From positions 640,001 to 704,000 of the forward strand of contig CAVSHB010000002.1 of the NCBI GenBank assembly GCA_963727775.1: DNA of 64,000 bases, written 5' to 3'. The notes beneath the pieces are model-generated. The model was given only the letters and a program-made list of their open reading frames with translations, was not told where the DNA came from and made no database searches. The first letter of the stretch is position 1. Each line of letters begins with the position of its first letter. Positions 37,344 to 47,158 of the stretch are shown piece after piece. The DNA is from an uncultured Nitrospiraceae bacterium (GTDB lineage: Bacteria > Nitrospirota > Thermodesulfovibrionia > Thermodesulfovibrionales > SM23-35). The translations under genes were made by a program, and so were the position numbers.

Positions 37344-39905
37344 TTGGGAAGAAAAAGAAGAAACATTTTTTATAATATGAGGAACGACTTAGAATTCAAT
37401 TACCTCATCAAAGTCAACCCTCAGCTTAATCAATGGCGATCACTTGCAGTTGAGTGGTTTAAAGATCAGAAGCGTAGTAGGGCAGTTCGGCAGCAAGCAT
37501 TGAATAGATTCCTACTCGATTATATTCATGACTTGGAGCTGGAGATGAATCCTTACTCCTTTCTCCATAAAAGTTATGCATCTCCCTCTTTTTGGAATAT
37601 TCTCGGGTATAAATCTAATACGGCTGTTGCGTTAAATAACTACATAGTCGAATTTCTCGATTGGGTGCTTCAGGAAAAGTTGTCTATCGAGGATGATTTC
37701 GGAACTAGAATCATCCCCAATGAATATAGGAACTCGATAACCAAGCGATTAAGAGAAGGGAGTCTCAATAATGGCGAGACGTTTCGCTCACCGCTTCCTT
37801 TTCGCTACATAAGAGAGCTGCGCAGCATGCTGTGCCAAGGACCTAATTTCAGTGACTGGAAGTGGGCCCATAGTGCCGTTGATCAAGATTGGTTTGAGGT
37901 CGACTGTTCGATAGTAGACGAGACTGATGCGGACTGTCTATGGCGCAAAAGGACAGTCCCCATGTATAACTATGACCGCCGTATTATCGGGTATAGAGAG
38001 ATCTTTGAAATTTGGAGCCCCGTCCGCGCAGTGGCTCTATATGTCAAGCTGATGCTACCGCTTCGAACCCATCAAGTTCGGATGCTTGACAGTGGAGAGG
38101 CGGATACTTGGCGCTATGTCAGGGGCAGATGGGTTCTAAATAGCGGTCATCTTGCCACTGGAAGCGAAAAGCGTCCATATATGCGGGGGGTTTTTCATCG
38201 AACCATGGAAAACGGCAAGCCTATGACGGGATTTTTCATAAACACCAACAAGACGGCCGATATCAATAAGCACGAAAAAGATAAGGGATATGTTATCCCC
38301 TGGCAGATGGAGGAATTACTCTCTGTGCTTGAGAAGCTCCGCGATTGGCAGTCCAAATATAATCCACTCAGCCATCCAACAAACTGGGTGGATCTCAAGC
38401 CAAAGCACGATGAAGGACTTACTCACAAAAATATATTAGGGCTTCGCGGCACGGCATGTTTTCTTTTTCGAATGGCCGCTGCCAGATATGCTGAAGATAG
38501 AATATTACCCATGTGTGACAACTTACTAGACACAATATGGTACAAGCTCCTATTGGAACTTGAAACTCGATGTAAAGCACGCGGAGAGACAATTGATGAT
38601 GACTCAAAAATCAGGCTTGTATATGACAAGCCTGATGCGAGAGAAGGAAAAGATTTTACAACTACCCATTATCCTCTGCACAGTCTCCGCGTAAGCTTGA
38701 TTACTGCATTTGCCTTAGAAGGCGGCGTCCCGTTTCCTATTCTTTCGAAGCTAATTGCTGGGCATTCAAGGTTACTCATGACACTTTATTATACAAAGGC
38801 CGGAAAAGCTCATGTAACTGAAGTTATGAGCGAGGCAGAAAAAGCGTTGCTCGAAACTGACAAAGAAAGCTACAGGCGATTTCTGCAAAACGCGACATAC
38901 GAACAGCTAGAGGCACGGTTCGCCGCTAATGATCCCGCAGCTTTTTGGGCTGTCTCGCAGCAGAAAACATTCTCTTCGGTGGTTTTCGAAGATAAAGGCA
39001 TCTGTCCGATGGGTTGCGGAGCTTGTGATATCGGAGGCGACGCTATGAGAAAAACGAGTAACAACAAGACACTCTACGCGCCTGTCGCGGGCTACCCCGC
39101 TGAGAAGAACTGTGTGCGCTGCCGTTTTTTTCTAAGTGGCCCTGCCTTTCTACCTGGGCTCATTGCTCACTTCAATAATATAAGCTATCAACTCACAGAA
39201 TGCTCGAACCGCTATGTTATGTTTATGGATCAGGTTGAGAAGCTTGAGGAATTGCGTTTTACGCATGAAGCGAGGGGGCTGCCTTTTACAGCGAAACAAG
39301 AGTTGGAGAAAACAAGCAAGTTCTGCGAGCAAGAGGCACAGAAGGCTGACAAATTCATCTACGACCTTCGCGCAACTCTAAGACTCATTGATCGGTGCAT
39401 TGAGATACTAAAGTCCCCACAGGCTGTGGGCGTAAAACTTGTACCGGTGGGCACGATTTCTGACATTCAGTATGCTCTCAAGGAAATCGGATCCGAGATG
39501 CACCAGCTGGAGGTGATCTGTGAAAACGCAGTCTTATACGTCGAAGCCGATGCGTCCAAGGCGATACTCCGGCGGTCGCAAATACTTGATACAATGCTGA
39601 GAATAAATGGCAAGAGCCCTCTGCTTCTCACCCTGAGACCCGAACAACAACTTTATGTTGGCAATCATCTCATGCAAATCATCAAAGATAGGGTCGGCAA
39701 TCTGCCGGCCGCTGTTGAGGTGGCGGAAGGCAAGGTGCTGCTTTCGGAGATCGGTATACTGGATACTGTATGTGATCTCATCGAAAGTGAGAGTCGTGTT
39801 CATGTTGTGTCCATGAATACCATCACAATTGACACGGCATCACCTGTACGCCAAATCGAAAATAAGGGAGGAGGCGACGTGTATGACGCCGGACGAACTA
39901 CTTGA
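37344..39905 (+). CDS. gmtZ: Large integrase-family protein, GmtZ/VPA1269-like
   Basis: WSPVRAVALYVKLMLPLRTHQVRMLDSGEAD, NTNKTAD, HSLRVSLITA, AGHSRLLMTLYY, CPMGC, NCVRCRFF; TTG start after AGGAGG. Confidence 0.85.
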   Translation: MGRKRRNIFYNMRNDLEFNYLIKVNPQLNQWRSLAVEWFKDQKRSRAVRQQALNRFLLDYIHDLELEMNPYSFLHKSYASPSFWNILGYKSNTAVALNNYIVEFLDWVLQEKLSIEDDFGTRIIPNEYRNSITKRLREGSLNNGETFRSPLPFRYIRELRSMLCQGPNFSDWKWAHSAVDQDWFEVDCSIVDETDADCLWRKRTVPMYNYDRRIIGYREIFEIWSPVRAVALYVKLMLPLRTHQVRMLDSGEADTWRYVRGRWVLNSGHLATGSEKRPYMRGVFHRTMENGKPMTGFFINTNKTADINKHEKDKGYVIPWQMEELLSVLEKLRDWQSKYNPLSHPTNWVDLKPKHDEGLTHKNILGLRGTACFLFRMAAARYAEDRILPMCDNLLDTIWYKLLLELETRCKARGETIDDDSKIRLVYDKPDAREGKDFTTTHYPLHSLRVSLITAFALEGGVPFPILSKLIAGHSRLLMTLYYTKAGKAHVTEVMSEAEKALLETDKESYRRFLQNATYEQLEARFAANDPAAFWAVSQQKTFSSVVFEDKGICPMGCGACDIGGDAMRKTSNNKTLYAPVAGYPAEKNCVRCRFFLSGPAFLPGLIAHFNNISYQLTECSNRYVMFMDQVEKLEELRFTHEARGLPFTAKQELEKTSKFCEQEAQKADKFIYDLRATLRLIDRCIEILKSPQAVGVKLVPVGTISDIQYALKEIGSEMHQLEVICENAVLYVEADASKAILRRSQILDTMLRINGKSPLLLTLRPEQQLYVGNHLMQIIKDRVGNLPAAVEVAEGKVLLSEIGILDTVCDLIESESRVHVVSMNTITIDTASPVRQIENKGGGDVYDAGRTT

Positions 39906-40524
39906 GCAGCTGAAAAAGGGCTCAGATGCGAGAAAGTGTCGTAACCTCGATTTGCTTTATGAAATCTGCCGTGAGCAGCATGAACGTGGCAGCAAAGATT
40001 TCTCTATAGGAACGATCGGTCGTATTTCACAGCAAAGAGGCGGCCCAGTCGCACAATCATTCAGGAATAAAGGCGGAAATCACCTGCGCGCGATTGTTGC
40101 GGCATGGGCGAACCACGCTGGGGGGATGCTCAAACGACCTCAGAAAGTGCTTGACACTCCTATGGAGTCAGTTTTGAGGAAGATAGAGGATCCCGCAGTC
40201 CGCGCGCTCATGGGGTCGATTATTGCGGAAAATACGAAACTCAAAGGGCAACTTAGTCTTGTCAAACGGAATGTAAATGTCGTTATCGATATGCGACCCG
40301 AACCGGTAAGTAAGCACACACAAGAGATTTTTTCACCCTCCGTAAAATTCACCGATAGTGAAAAAGAGGCATTGCGGCATGCCATTTCGGATGAACTGAT
40401 GCAATCGGAGGGCTGGACGACCGAACCTTCTGGCAGAGTGAGAAACGACAAAGGCAGGTCAATTTATAAGGCGGGATATGCGACAGCAATCAGTAAGGTA
40501 CTCCGACATTATAAAGGAGAGTGA
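39883..40524 (+). CDS. gmtX: GmtX-like accessory protein
   Basis: KDFSIGTIGR..GGP..QSFRN, IEDPAVRA coiled coil, EALRHAIS..GW..GRV; RBS GGAGG before MTPDEL. Confidence 0.8.
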   Translation: MTPDELLEQLKKGSDARKCRNLDLLYEICREQHERGSKDFSIGTIGRISQQRGGPVAQSFRNKGGNHLRAIVAAWANHAGGMLKRPQKVLDTPMESVLRKIEDPAVRALMGSIIAENTKLKGQLSLVKRNVNVVIDMRPEPVSKHTQEIFSPSVKFTDSEKEALRHAISDELMQSEGWTTEPSGRVRNDKGRSIYKAGYATAISKVLRHYKGE

Positions 40525-40525
40525 G

Positions 40526-40852
40526 ATGAAGGAATGCGGTAAATGCGGGAAGAAATCAAAATTTGTGTGGGATGTGAAAGGAGGATCTTATTGCAAGCGG
40601 TGTCATCCGATTACGAATAGGGTTATTTCGCTCCTGGACAAAGATGCGGTTAACCGATCACGACTGCCAAGAAATCTTCAGGAATATTTTACCGGCAGAT
40701 TTGTAACTCCTGCTTTATATATTTCAGATGGCCCTGTCTGTACCCATTGTAAACAAGAAATTTCTTATTATACGTGGTACGATAACAACTTCCCTAGCAA
40801 GGCATATCGATACTGCACAAAATGCAAAAGGATATCACATAAACTTGATTAG
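40526..40852 (+). CDS. Cys-rich hypothetical protein (four CxxC pairs), island cargo
   Basis: CGKC, CKRC, CTHC, CTKC; RBS AAGGAG; starts 1 nt after the gmtX stop. Confidence 0.65.
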   Translation: MKECGKCGKKSKFVWDVKGGSYCKRCHPITNRVISLLDKDAVNRSRLPRNLQEYFTGRFVTPALYISDGPVCTHCKQEISYYTWYDNNFPSKAYRYCTKCKRISHKLD

Positions 40853-41071
40853 GGGGCAAATATATTCCATGCCAGCTACAAGTGTGGCGTCTTTACGAGA
40901 GTGGCATATTATCCTCGAAATAAACATTCCGGGGATGTCGTCGCGGATTTTGCTTTTTACGTAATTCGCCTCCGAGACATTAGAGTCAGGACTTTTCTCT
41001 CGGTTTCACATTCTTCCTGAAATCAACGCCCCCAAGGCGTGATATAATTGTGTGGAGTATAACTGGAAAGA

Positions 41072-41635
41072 ATGCGAAATTTTCTCCTGATAAGTGTTTC
41101 GGTAATTAGTTTATTTATGCTCCTTGGCTCTATACCTTGGTTAAGGATTTATGTTAGAACGGGCATGAAAGGAGCACAGTTAAGAGGAGTCGGACAAATT
41201 GCTCTCTCGATCGGTTTCTGGGGGATATTTTTTTGGTTAATAAGGGATGATACTCTATCGCTACCTTTTGTCCTAATAGGGATAGTCGGAATAGTTATAT
41301 TTCAGGTGGGAAATAGTATTTGGTTTACGAAGGAACATGGGTTGTGGAAACAAATTTATGAAAAAAGCTCTATATGGGAAATAATGACTGGCAAAGTTGC
41401 AATTCTTAAATATGACAAGTTACCTCCTCCCGTTCTTAATAAGCGAACTGGGCTTATTATTGGAATTTTTATGATGACAGCCGGAAGTCTGATATCCGTA
41501 ATGTTTATTCTGACGAGCATTTCTTTTTTGAAGGGTCTTTTAGTATTCTCTATATCCGCATTCATTGTTGGTTTGCTTTTTGTTATTTTCTCGATTGCTT
41601 ATTTGGGCAACGAGGGAGAGAAGCCACTTGAATAG
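41072..41635 (+). CDS. Hypothetical multi-pass membrane protein, island cargo
   Basis: About 5 hydrophobic segments; AT-rich. Confidence 0.7.
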   Translation: MRNFLLISVSVISLFMLLGSIPWLRIYVRTGMKGAQLRGVGQIALSIGFWGIFFWLIRDDTLSLPFVLIGIVGIVIFQVGNSIWFTKEHGLWKQIYEKSSIWEIMTGKVAILKYDKLPPPVLNKRTGLIIGIFMMTAGSLISVMFILTSISFLKGLLVFSISAFIVGLLFVIFSIAYLGNEGEKPLE

Positions 41636-42133
41636 AAAAAAGTATACATAAACTAAGAGGCGATTGGTTATCATTTCATTAACCGTTTCTTTTGGAAATA
41701 CAAACTTTTCAAGCGTATGCACCGGTGTCGAGTAGTAGGTGGAAGAAACGTTCTGAAATCTCACACAGCATTGTTCATTTTGGACAAAAGGCTCACCGTA
41801 TGAACGAAAAGGTTAGAACGATTATTTGAAAGGGAAATCGTTAAAAAGTGATGCTGCTCGCCTGAGTGAATCCGTTTCAATTGAGAGTTATCATCATATC
41901 ACCCACGGGAACTCCACAAGATTCAACCCATAGTGAGATTATTATATATAATCTATCCTAAGCTGTTATAACTCTTTGATATTTTGAAGACTTATGAGCT
42001 TCATTATATTTACTGGATTGTACTCGGTATATTCCAGAAATTCGATAACTCAGGGGTGGGATTAGCAAACGTAAAAAAACAACGCTAAGGGAGTGAGACT
42101 GAATTTACCTTTAAAATCTATGGGCTTATAATT

Positions 42134-42979
42134 CTATACCTTTACCACCACCAGCACCGCACGTCCCGAATGCCCAATGACCCTTTCTGTCACGCTGCCC
42201 ATCAGCAGCCGTTTAACGCCCGTCCGTCCATGACTGCCGACAACAATGATATCTGCATTTTTCTGATCAGAGGTTCTTACTATAACCTCGTAAGGTGTGC
42301 CTTTCAGAGTAAGAATTTCCACCTTTATCCCTTCTTTTTCCGCAATCTGCCTTACTCTTTCAACACTTTCTTTTGCCGCCGCCAGATTTGTATCTCTTGT
42401 AGCAACGGAAAGAGCGATTAAATTGCTGCCGCATCGCTTTGCTATACTGATTGCCTCTAACGCCGCAGCGTCACTATATTTTGAACCATCCGTTGCAGTA
42501 ATAATATTTTTATAGCTGACTTTCGCAGCCTCTGGTACGACCATGACATTGCAGGGCGAATGACCTATAGTCTTTGCAGTTACGCTTCCCATCAGGAGTC
42601 TCTTGAGCCCTGTTCTGCCGTACCTTCCCATGAAAATCATCTCTACGTGTTTTTCTGCTGCTTCATCAACGATGTACTGAAAAGGTTCCTCGCCTTCGTG
42701 AATAATTATCTCGCATTCAATATTTTCCTTCGAGGCCCTTGCTTTTATCGACTCCAGATGCTGTCTTATCTGTTTTTCATATCTCTCAAAAACCCCCGGA
42801 GCATTCGCCATAAACTCAGGATTTGTCTCAATCACCGATATCGCGTAAATCTTGCTTGAGCATACCTTTGCCAGGTTTATCGTCTCTCTGACAGCTCCCT
42901 CGTTTAGTTCGGATCCGTCCGTGGCCAAAAGCAGTTTTTCCAATCTCGCCGTGGGGCAACATACCTGTTGTTCGCTCAT
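42134..42979 (-). CDS. Tandem-domain universal stress protein
   Basis: LLATDGS..GRTG..MGSVT motif present twice. Confidence 0.93.
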   Translation of the reverse strand: MSEQQVCCPTARLEKLLLATDGSELNEGAVRETINLAKVCSSKIYAISVIETNPEFMANAPGVFERYEKQIRQHLESIKARASKENIECEIIIHEGEEPFQYIVDEAAEKHVEMIFMGRYGRTGLKRLLMGSVTAKTIGHSPCNVMVVPEAAKVSYKNIITATDGSKYSDAAALEAISIAKRCGSNLIALSVATRDTNLAAAKESVERVRQIAEKEGIKVEILTLKGTPYEVIVRTSDQKNADIIVVGSHGRTGVKRLLMGSVTERVIGHSGRAVLVVVKV

Positions 42980-42980
42980 A

Positions 42981-43403
42981 TTAATGCCCTCCTGATTTTA
43001 GGATTCCGCTTGCTGCAAGAGTCAAAACAAGTACTTCTATGATAGCAATTACCACATAAGCTGTATCTTTCTTCCGTATCAGAATCGGCAATATAACGAG
43101 GTAGCATAAAATAGTGAGCCCTGCGAGGATTGCTATCCCGATGAAATTCAGATAATCCCCTTTATTTGTCATTGCTAACCATGCCCATCCGGTAGGTGCG
43201 TGGAACATGTGGATGAAATCTTTTGACTTCATGCCCCAGTATTTAGGGATATCCTGGGGTGGAATAAAGGATGACAGTATCCCGGACATATAAATAATGA
43301 AGGTTACCACCATGACGGCAAGCCCAAAAAACATTACAAGATTTAAAACTTTTGCATATGCAACCTGTTCTTCTGATGCCAGTGTTCTTTTTTCCTCTGC
43401 CAT
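42981..43403 (-). CDS. DUF1634-like membrane protein (TauE partner)
   Basis: Three TMs, PTGWAW, GDYLNFIGIA, LAASG. Confidence 0.75.
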   Translation of the reverse strand: MAEEKRTLASEEQVAYAKVLNLVMFFGLAVMVVTFIIYMSGILSSFIPPQDIPKYWGMKSKDFIHMFHAPTGWAWLAMTNKGDYLNFIGIAILAGLTILCYLVILPILIRKKDTAYVVIAIIEVLVLTLAASGILKSGGH

Positions 43404-43412
43404 TTTAACCTC

Positions 43413-44483
43413 CTATTTCCAAATTTCAAGCCCTTTAAGCAGAGACCTTAACCCTGCAAAGAGCAGAAGACCGATGACCATCCACTTGATTGCCTTTGGC
43501 TTTGTTCTTGCAAGTATCTTGACGCCAACGATAGAGCCGAGCATTATTCCGATAACTGATGGAATAACGATCATCGGAAGCACTGCCCCCGCATTAAGGT
43601 AAATCCATGCAGCCGAGGTATCTGTTATGGAAAGTAGAAACTTGCTTGTGGCAACAGATATCTTCAGAGGCGCACCCATGAGTAGATTCAGAGCCGGGAC
43701 GTTTGCCCATCCTGCGCCGAGACCGAACATGCCGGCCATCACCCCGATAACTATGAACAATAACAAGCCCGGAAGGGTACGATGAACATTCCATTCAACG
43801 TCTGTTCCCAGAGATTCCTCCCTATAGATTCCCATAATCCCCAAGGACTGAGATAATGCATCAGCCTTCGGGACAACCGGGAAATCAGATTTTTTTGCCG
43901 TCGCCATAATTATAACTATCCCTAAGATAGTTGCGCCGAGCAGGATATTTACTAATTTCGCGGGAAGCGCTAATCCTATCATGGCTCCGACTATTGCCGC
44001 TGCTGATGCAATCAGTGCTACCGGAAGCGCGAGGCGAAGATTGGCGAGGTTTCTCTTAAGGAGACCCGGGCCTGCCGCAAGCGCACCGCATAGAGCTACT
44101 ATTAAACCTGCACCTCTGACGAAGTCAATATGAAAAGGGAAAAATCCTCCGACGAGCGGGACAAACAACACCCCGCCTCCGACACCGCCGAGTACGGCTA
44201 AAATGCCCAGTATAAATGTGAAAACGAGTAAAATAACGGACCACCCCCACCATGGGATACTTGAAACTGACGATGCTGCTGCCGGGGCTTGTGAAGTCTG
44301 TGCTGCCGCCGCCGGAGTCTGCGGACCCGGTGGTGTTATCGCCTGGGTCGGTGCTCCATGCGCCGTTACCGCCGGCGCCGCCGGCGGTTCAGCGGACGCG
44401 AACACACTAACAACGAAGAAAGCCAATATCAAAGGTACCGCTGCAACGACCAAACATTTTGACAATCGCTTTGACATAGTCAC
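43413..44483 (-). CDS. TauE/SafE-family exporter with signal peptide and Ala/Pro-rich linker
   Basis: GGVGGGVLFVP and GMFGLGAGWANVP repeats. Confidence 0.88.
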   Translation of the reverse strand: MTMSKRLSKCLVVAAVPLILAFFVVSVFASAEPPAAPAVTAHGAPTQAITPPGPQTPAAAAQTSQAPAAASSVSSIPWWGWSVILLVFTFILGILAVLGGVGGGVLFVPLVGGFFPFHIDFVRGAGLIVALCGALAAGPGLLKRNLANLRLALPVALIASAAAIVGAMIGLALPAKLVNILLGATILGIVIIMATAKKSDFPVVPKADALSQSLGIMGIYREESLGTDVEWNVHRTLPGLLLFIVIGVMAGMFGLGAGWANVPALNLLMGAPLKISVATSKFLLSITDTSAAWIYLNAGAVLPMIVIPSVIGIMLGSIVGVKILARTKPKAIKWMVIGLLLFAGLRSLLKGLEIWK

Positions 44484-44757
44484 TCGTTTTTCCTCCTTCT
44501 TTTATTTTTCTTTCAGATTTTTTTTGTTATCTTGGACTTCCCAAAATCCTATTGAAATCCTATGTTTTTATTTGCAACGTGCCAGTTGTATTTCGCAACA
44601 TAAATTATCTCGAATATCATAAATTTTGTGATACAAAGAAGTCAAGTATACAATCCGAATCCGAGAAAAAATCTAACAGGAAATACACCCCGGTTGAGGT
44701 GGTTTTCTCGGTCCATCTTCGATTCATTATGACAAAGAAGGATATCATCAAATAGAG

Positions 44758-44817
44758 GATATGAGGATACTCAAAGACACCGACCATCAACTCCTTTACA
44801 GGTTTTTTGCCCGGCAT
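44758..44817 (-). pseudogene. 5' stub of a probable CBS-domain gene
   Basis: RBS AAGGAG then MPGKKPVKELMVGVFEYPHI, after which the sequence no longer looks coding. Confidence 0.4.
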
Positions 44818-44830
44818 ATAGAGCTCCTTT

Positions 44831-45568
44831 TTATGTTGCATTTCTATCCAATTCCATCAGAAATTTAAATCTGTCGGTTTTTTTTATCGTGCGTGAGTAC
44901 ATAATCAGAGTTTCGGCTGAGTAAAAATATTGAGTTAATAAGATAGCCGGCGAACCCTCGGGTAACTTGATGAGAGCAGACTCATCGGGGTTGAGATATG
45001 TTATCTCTGCATTATTTTTTATCTTCGTAATCTTAATGCCGTATTTTTTTTCAAAAAGGTCAAAGAGAGAATTCTGCTCAATGTCCTCTTCCAGGAGGAG
45101 AGGGCAAATATGGTAAGGTATGTAAGATTCCTGTAATAAAACCGGCTCATTGTCTGCAAGGTGTAACCGCTTGATATAAATGATGTGTTTATCATTTGGG
45201 ATGTCCAGCTTTATGTCCAGTCCGTCGATGGGCATAATTACGGTCCTGGCAAGAATATTCGTAGAGAACGTCAACCCTTCTTCAAATAAGAATTCTCTGA
45301 AGTTTGTCAACATGGGCATGCCCTCAGACACCATGTTTCTGTAAATAAATGTGCCTTTACCCTGCTGGCGCTTCACATAGCCCTGTCTCACAAGTTCCAG
45401 GACAGCAGTCCTTACTGTTGCCCTGCTCACATTAAACATTTTACACAGGTAGTCCTCAGTAGGAATTTGAGAACCGACAGGCCATTCGCTATTCTCAATT
45501 TTTTTCTTTATAATTTCGTAAAGTTGTAAATAGAGTTTCTGATGATCGTCTCTGTTTATCAGTTCCAT
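44831..45568 (-). CDS. GntR/HutC-family regulator (UTRA domain)
   Basis: LYLQL..IPTE..VSRATVRTA..QGKGTF; UTRA C-terminus. Confidence 0.93.
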   Translation of the reverse strand: MELINRDDHQKLYLQLYEIIKKKIENSEWPVGSQIPTEDYLCKMFNVSRATVRTAVLELVRQGYVKRQQGKGTFIYRNMVSEGMPMLTNFREFLFEEGLTFSTNILARTVIMPIDGLDIKLDIPNDKHIIYIKRLHLADNEPVLLQESYIPYHICPLLLEEDIEQNSLFDLFEKKYGIKITKIKNNAEITYLNPDESALIKLPEGSPAILLTQYFYSAETLIMYSRTIKKTDRFKFLMELDRNAT

Positions 45569-45581
45569 ATTATAATAAAGT

Positions 45582-45646
45582 TATAATGATATTACAAAAC
45601 TACATTAAGATAAAAACAGTATAATGATATAAAATAACTTTGTCAA
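45582..45646 (-). promoter_or_regulatory. gntR sigma70 promoter with repeated candidate operators
   Basis: TTGACA-N17-TATACT on the minus strand (45646..45618); TATAATGATAT repeated at 45582 and 45620. Confidence 0.65.
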
Positions 45647-45661
45647 GGTTTTTTTATGTGC

Positions 45662-47120
45662 TGTCAGTTACGAATTAAAAGTGAACCGTTATAATCGAAT
45701 TTACGAATTAAAAGTGAACACCTGAGAAAGTGTAATATGAGCATCAAAAAAGGAGGCTCGTATTTTGACACAGTTACACAGGAAGTTCACCGATGAACAA
45801 GTCAAGGAACTGATCGAGAAATATCTAAGGGAAGAGGTAGGGAGAAAATATCTCCAAGAGATTCTTGGGATTAACAAAACAAGGTTCTTTGCTTTAGTAA
45901 AAGCATATCGTTATAATCCTTCCGCATTCACGATACAGTATGTACGGAAAGGCAAAACCCGAGCGATACCCGAAGCGGTAGAATTCAATATTTTAAAAGA
46001 ATTAGTAATTGAGAAGAAGTTGATAGAGGACAAAGATGTACCCGTCCGCTCTTACAACTACAGCTATATCAAAGATCGTCTGGAAAGGCAATATAAGCAG
46101 ACGGTGGCTCTATCTACGATCATTGACAGAGCCAAGAAGAACGACTTTTATCTGAGGAAGCCAAAAAGAACCGTTCATGACCGGGAAGTATTGACCAACT
46201 ATGCCGGGGAATTGATCCAGCATGATTCCTCCTATCACCTTTGGGCACCGAACGCGCAAGAGAAATGGTATTTGATCACTTCTCTGGATGATTACAGCCG
46301 TTATATCCTCTACGCAAAATTGCTGAAGAAGGAAACCTCGTGGGCACATATCCTCGCTCTGGAAAGCCTGATCCTTACACACGGCTTACCCTTCTCCTAT
46401 TATGTTGATTCACACTCTATCTTCCGGTTTGTGCAGGGCAGAGACTCTTTCTGGCGCAAGCATCATAAGATAACTGATGAAGCAGACCCTCAATGGAAGC
46501 AGGTTCTATATGACTGCAACGTAAAAATCATCTATGCATTATCTCCCCAAGCAAAAGGGAAGATTGAACGGCCTTATCAATGGCTCCAAGATAGACTTGT
46601 CAGAACATGTGTCAGAGAAGATGTGGCTGATATAAGTCGAGCGCAAACTATACTCAATCAGGAAATCCACAGATATAATTACCGTCAGGTACATTCCACA
46701 ATTCAGGAAGTCCCATATTTCAGATTCCAAAAAGCATTAAAAGAAGGTACGTCCCTTTTTAGACGGTTCAAAGTTATCCCTCCCTATCAATCCCCCAAAG
46801 ATATATTTTGTCTAAGGCTTAACAGAACTGTTGATTCTCACCGTAGAATATCCATCAATAACCTGGTCCTGAAAATTAATCATGTTACCCCAGGTGAAAA
46901 GGTGAATATCCGCATTTATCCCATGAACAAGATTCTCTCTGAAGTCAGATTCTGGTGCAACGGCCACCTCGTTGACGTCCAACGAGCTAAAAATAAGGAT
47001 TTGAATTTGCCGATATGGTAAAGCAAAAATGAACGAAGTGAAAAACGCACTCTTTCACTTCGTTCATTTCCTTCCTATTCCGTCCTTTAACAAGGGTTCA
47101 CTTTTAAAAAATTGCTAACA
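45662..47120 (+). mobile_element. IS1202-family (ISNCY/IS481-like) insertion sequence with 15-bp target duplication
   Basis: Ends TGTCAG..AAAAGTGAACC / GGTTCACTTTT..CTAACA; GGTTTTTTTATGTGC at 45647-45661 and 47121-47135. Confidence 0.88.
45765..47021 (+). CDS. DDE (rve-type) transposase
   Basis: GELIQHDSSYH, LDDYSR, YVDSHSIF, SPQAKGKIER..LQDRL. Confidence 0.92.
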   Translation: MTQLHRKFTDEQVKELIEKYLREEVGRKYLQEILGINKTRFFALVKAYRYNPSAFTIQYVRKGKTRAIPEAVEFNILKELVIEKKLIEDKDVPVRSYNYSYIKDRLERQYKQTVALSTIIDRAKKNDFYLRKPKRTVHDREVLTNYAGELIQHDSSYHLWAPNAQEKWYLITSLDDYSRYILYAKLLKKETSWAHILALESLILTHGLPFSYYVDSHSIFRFVQGRDSFWRKHHKITDEADPQWKQVLYDCNVKIIYALSPQAKGKIERPYQWLQDRLVRTCVREDVADISRAQTILNQEIHRYNYRQVHSTIQEVPYFRFQKALKEGTSLFRRFKVIPPYQSPKDIFCLRLNRTVDSHRRISINNLVLKINHVTPGEKVNIRIYPMNKILSEVRFWCNGHLVDVQRAKNKDLNLPIW

Positions 47121-47158
47121 GGTTTTTTTATGTGCATAATTTGCGTATAATTAAAGTC

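Larger units (their letters stand above)
35680..42060 (+). mobile_element. Gamma-mobile-trio (GMT)-like genomic island; ends approximate
   Basis: Plus-strand recombinase trio and cargo interrupting a run of minus-strand TauE/USP genes; imperfect repeats near both ends. Confidence 0.7.

Noticed and set aside
44565..44585. sigma54-like TGGCACG-TTGCA upstream of the second tauE
   Set aside because: -24/-12 spacing is 4 nt too short
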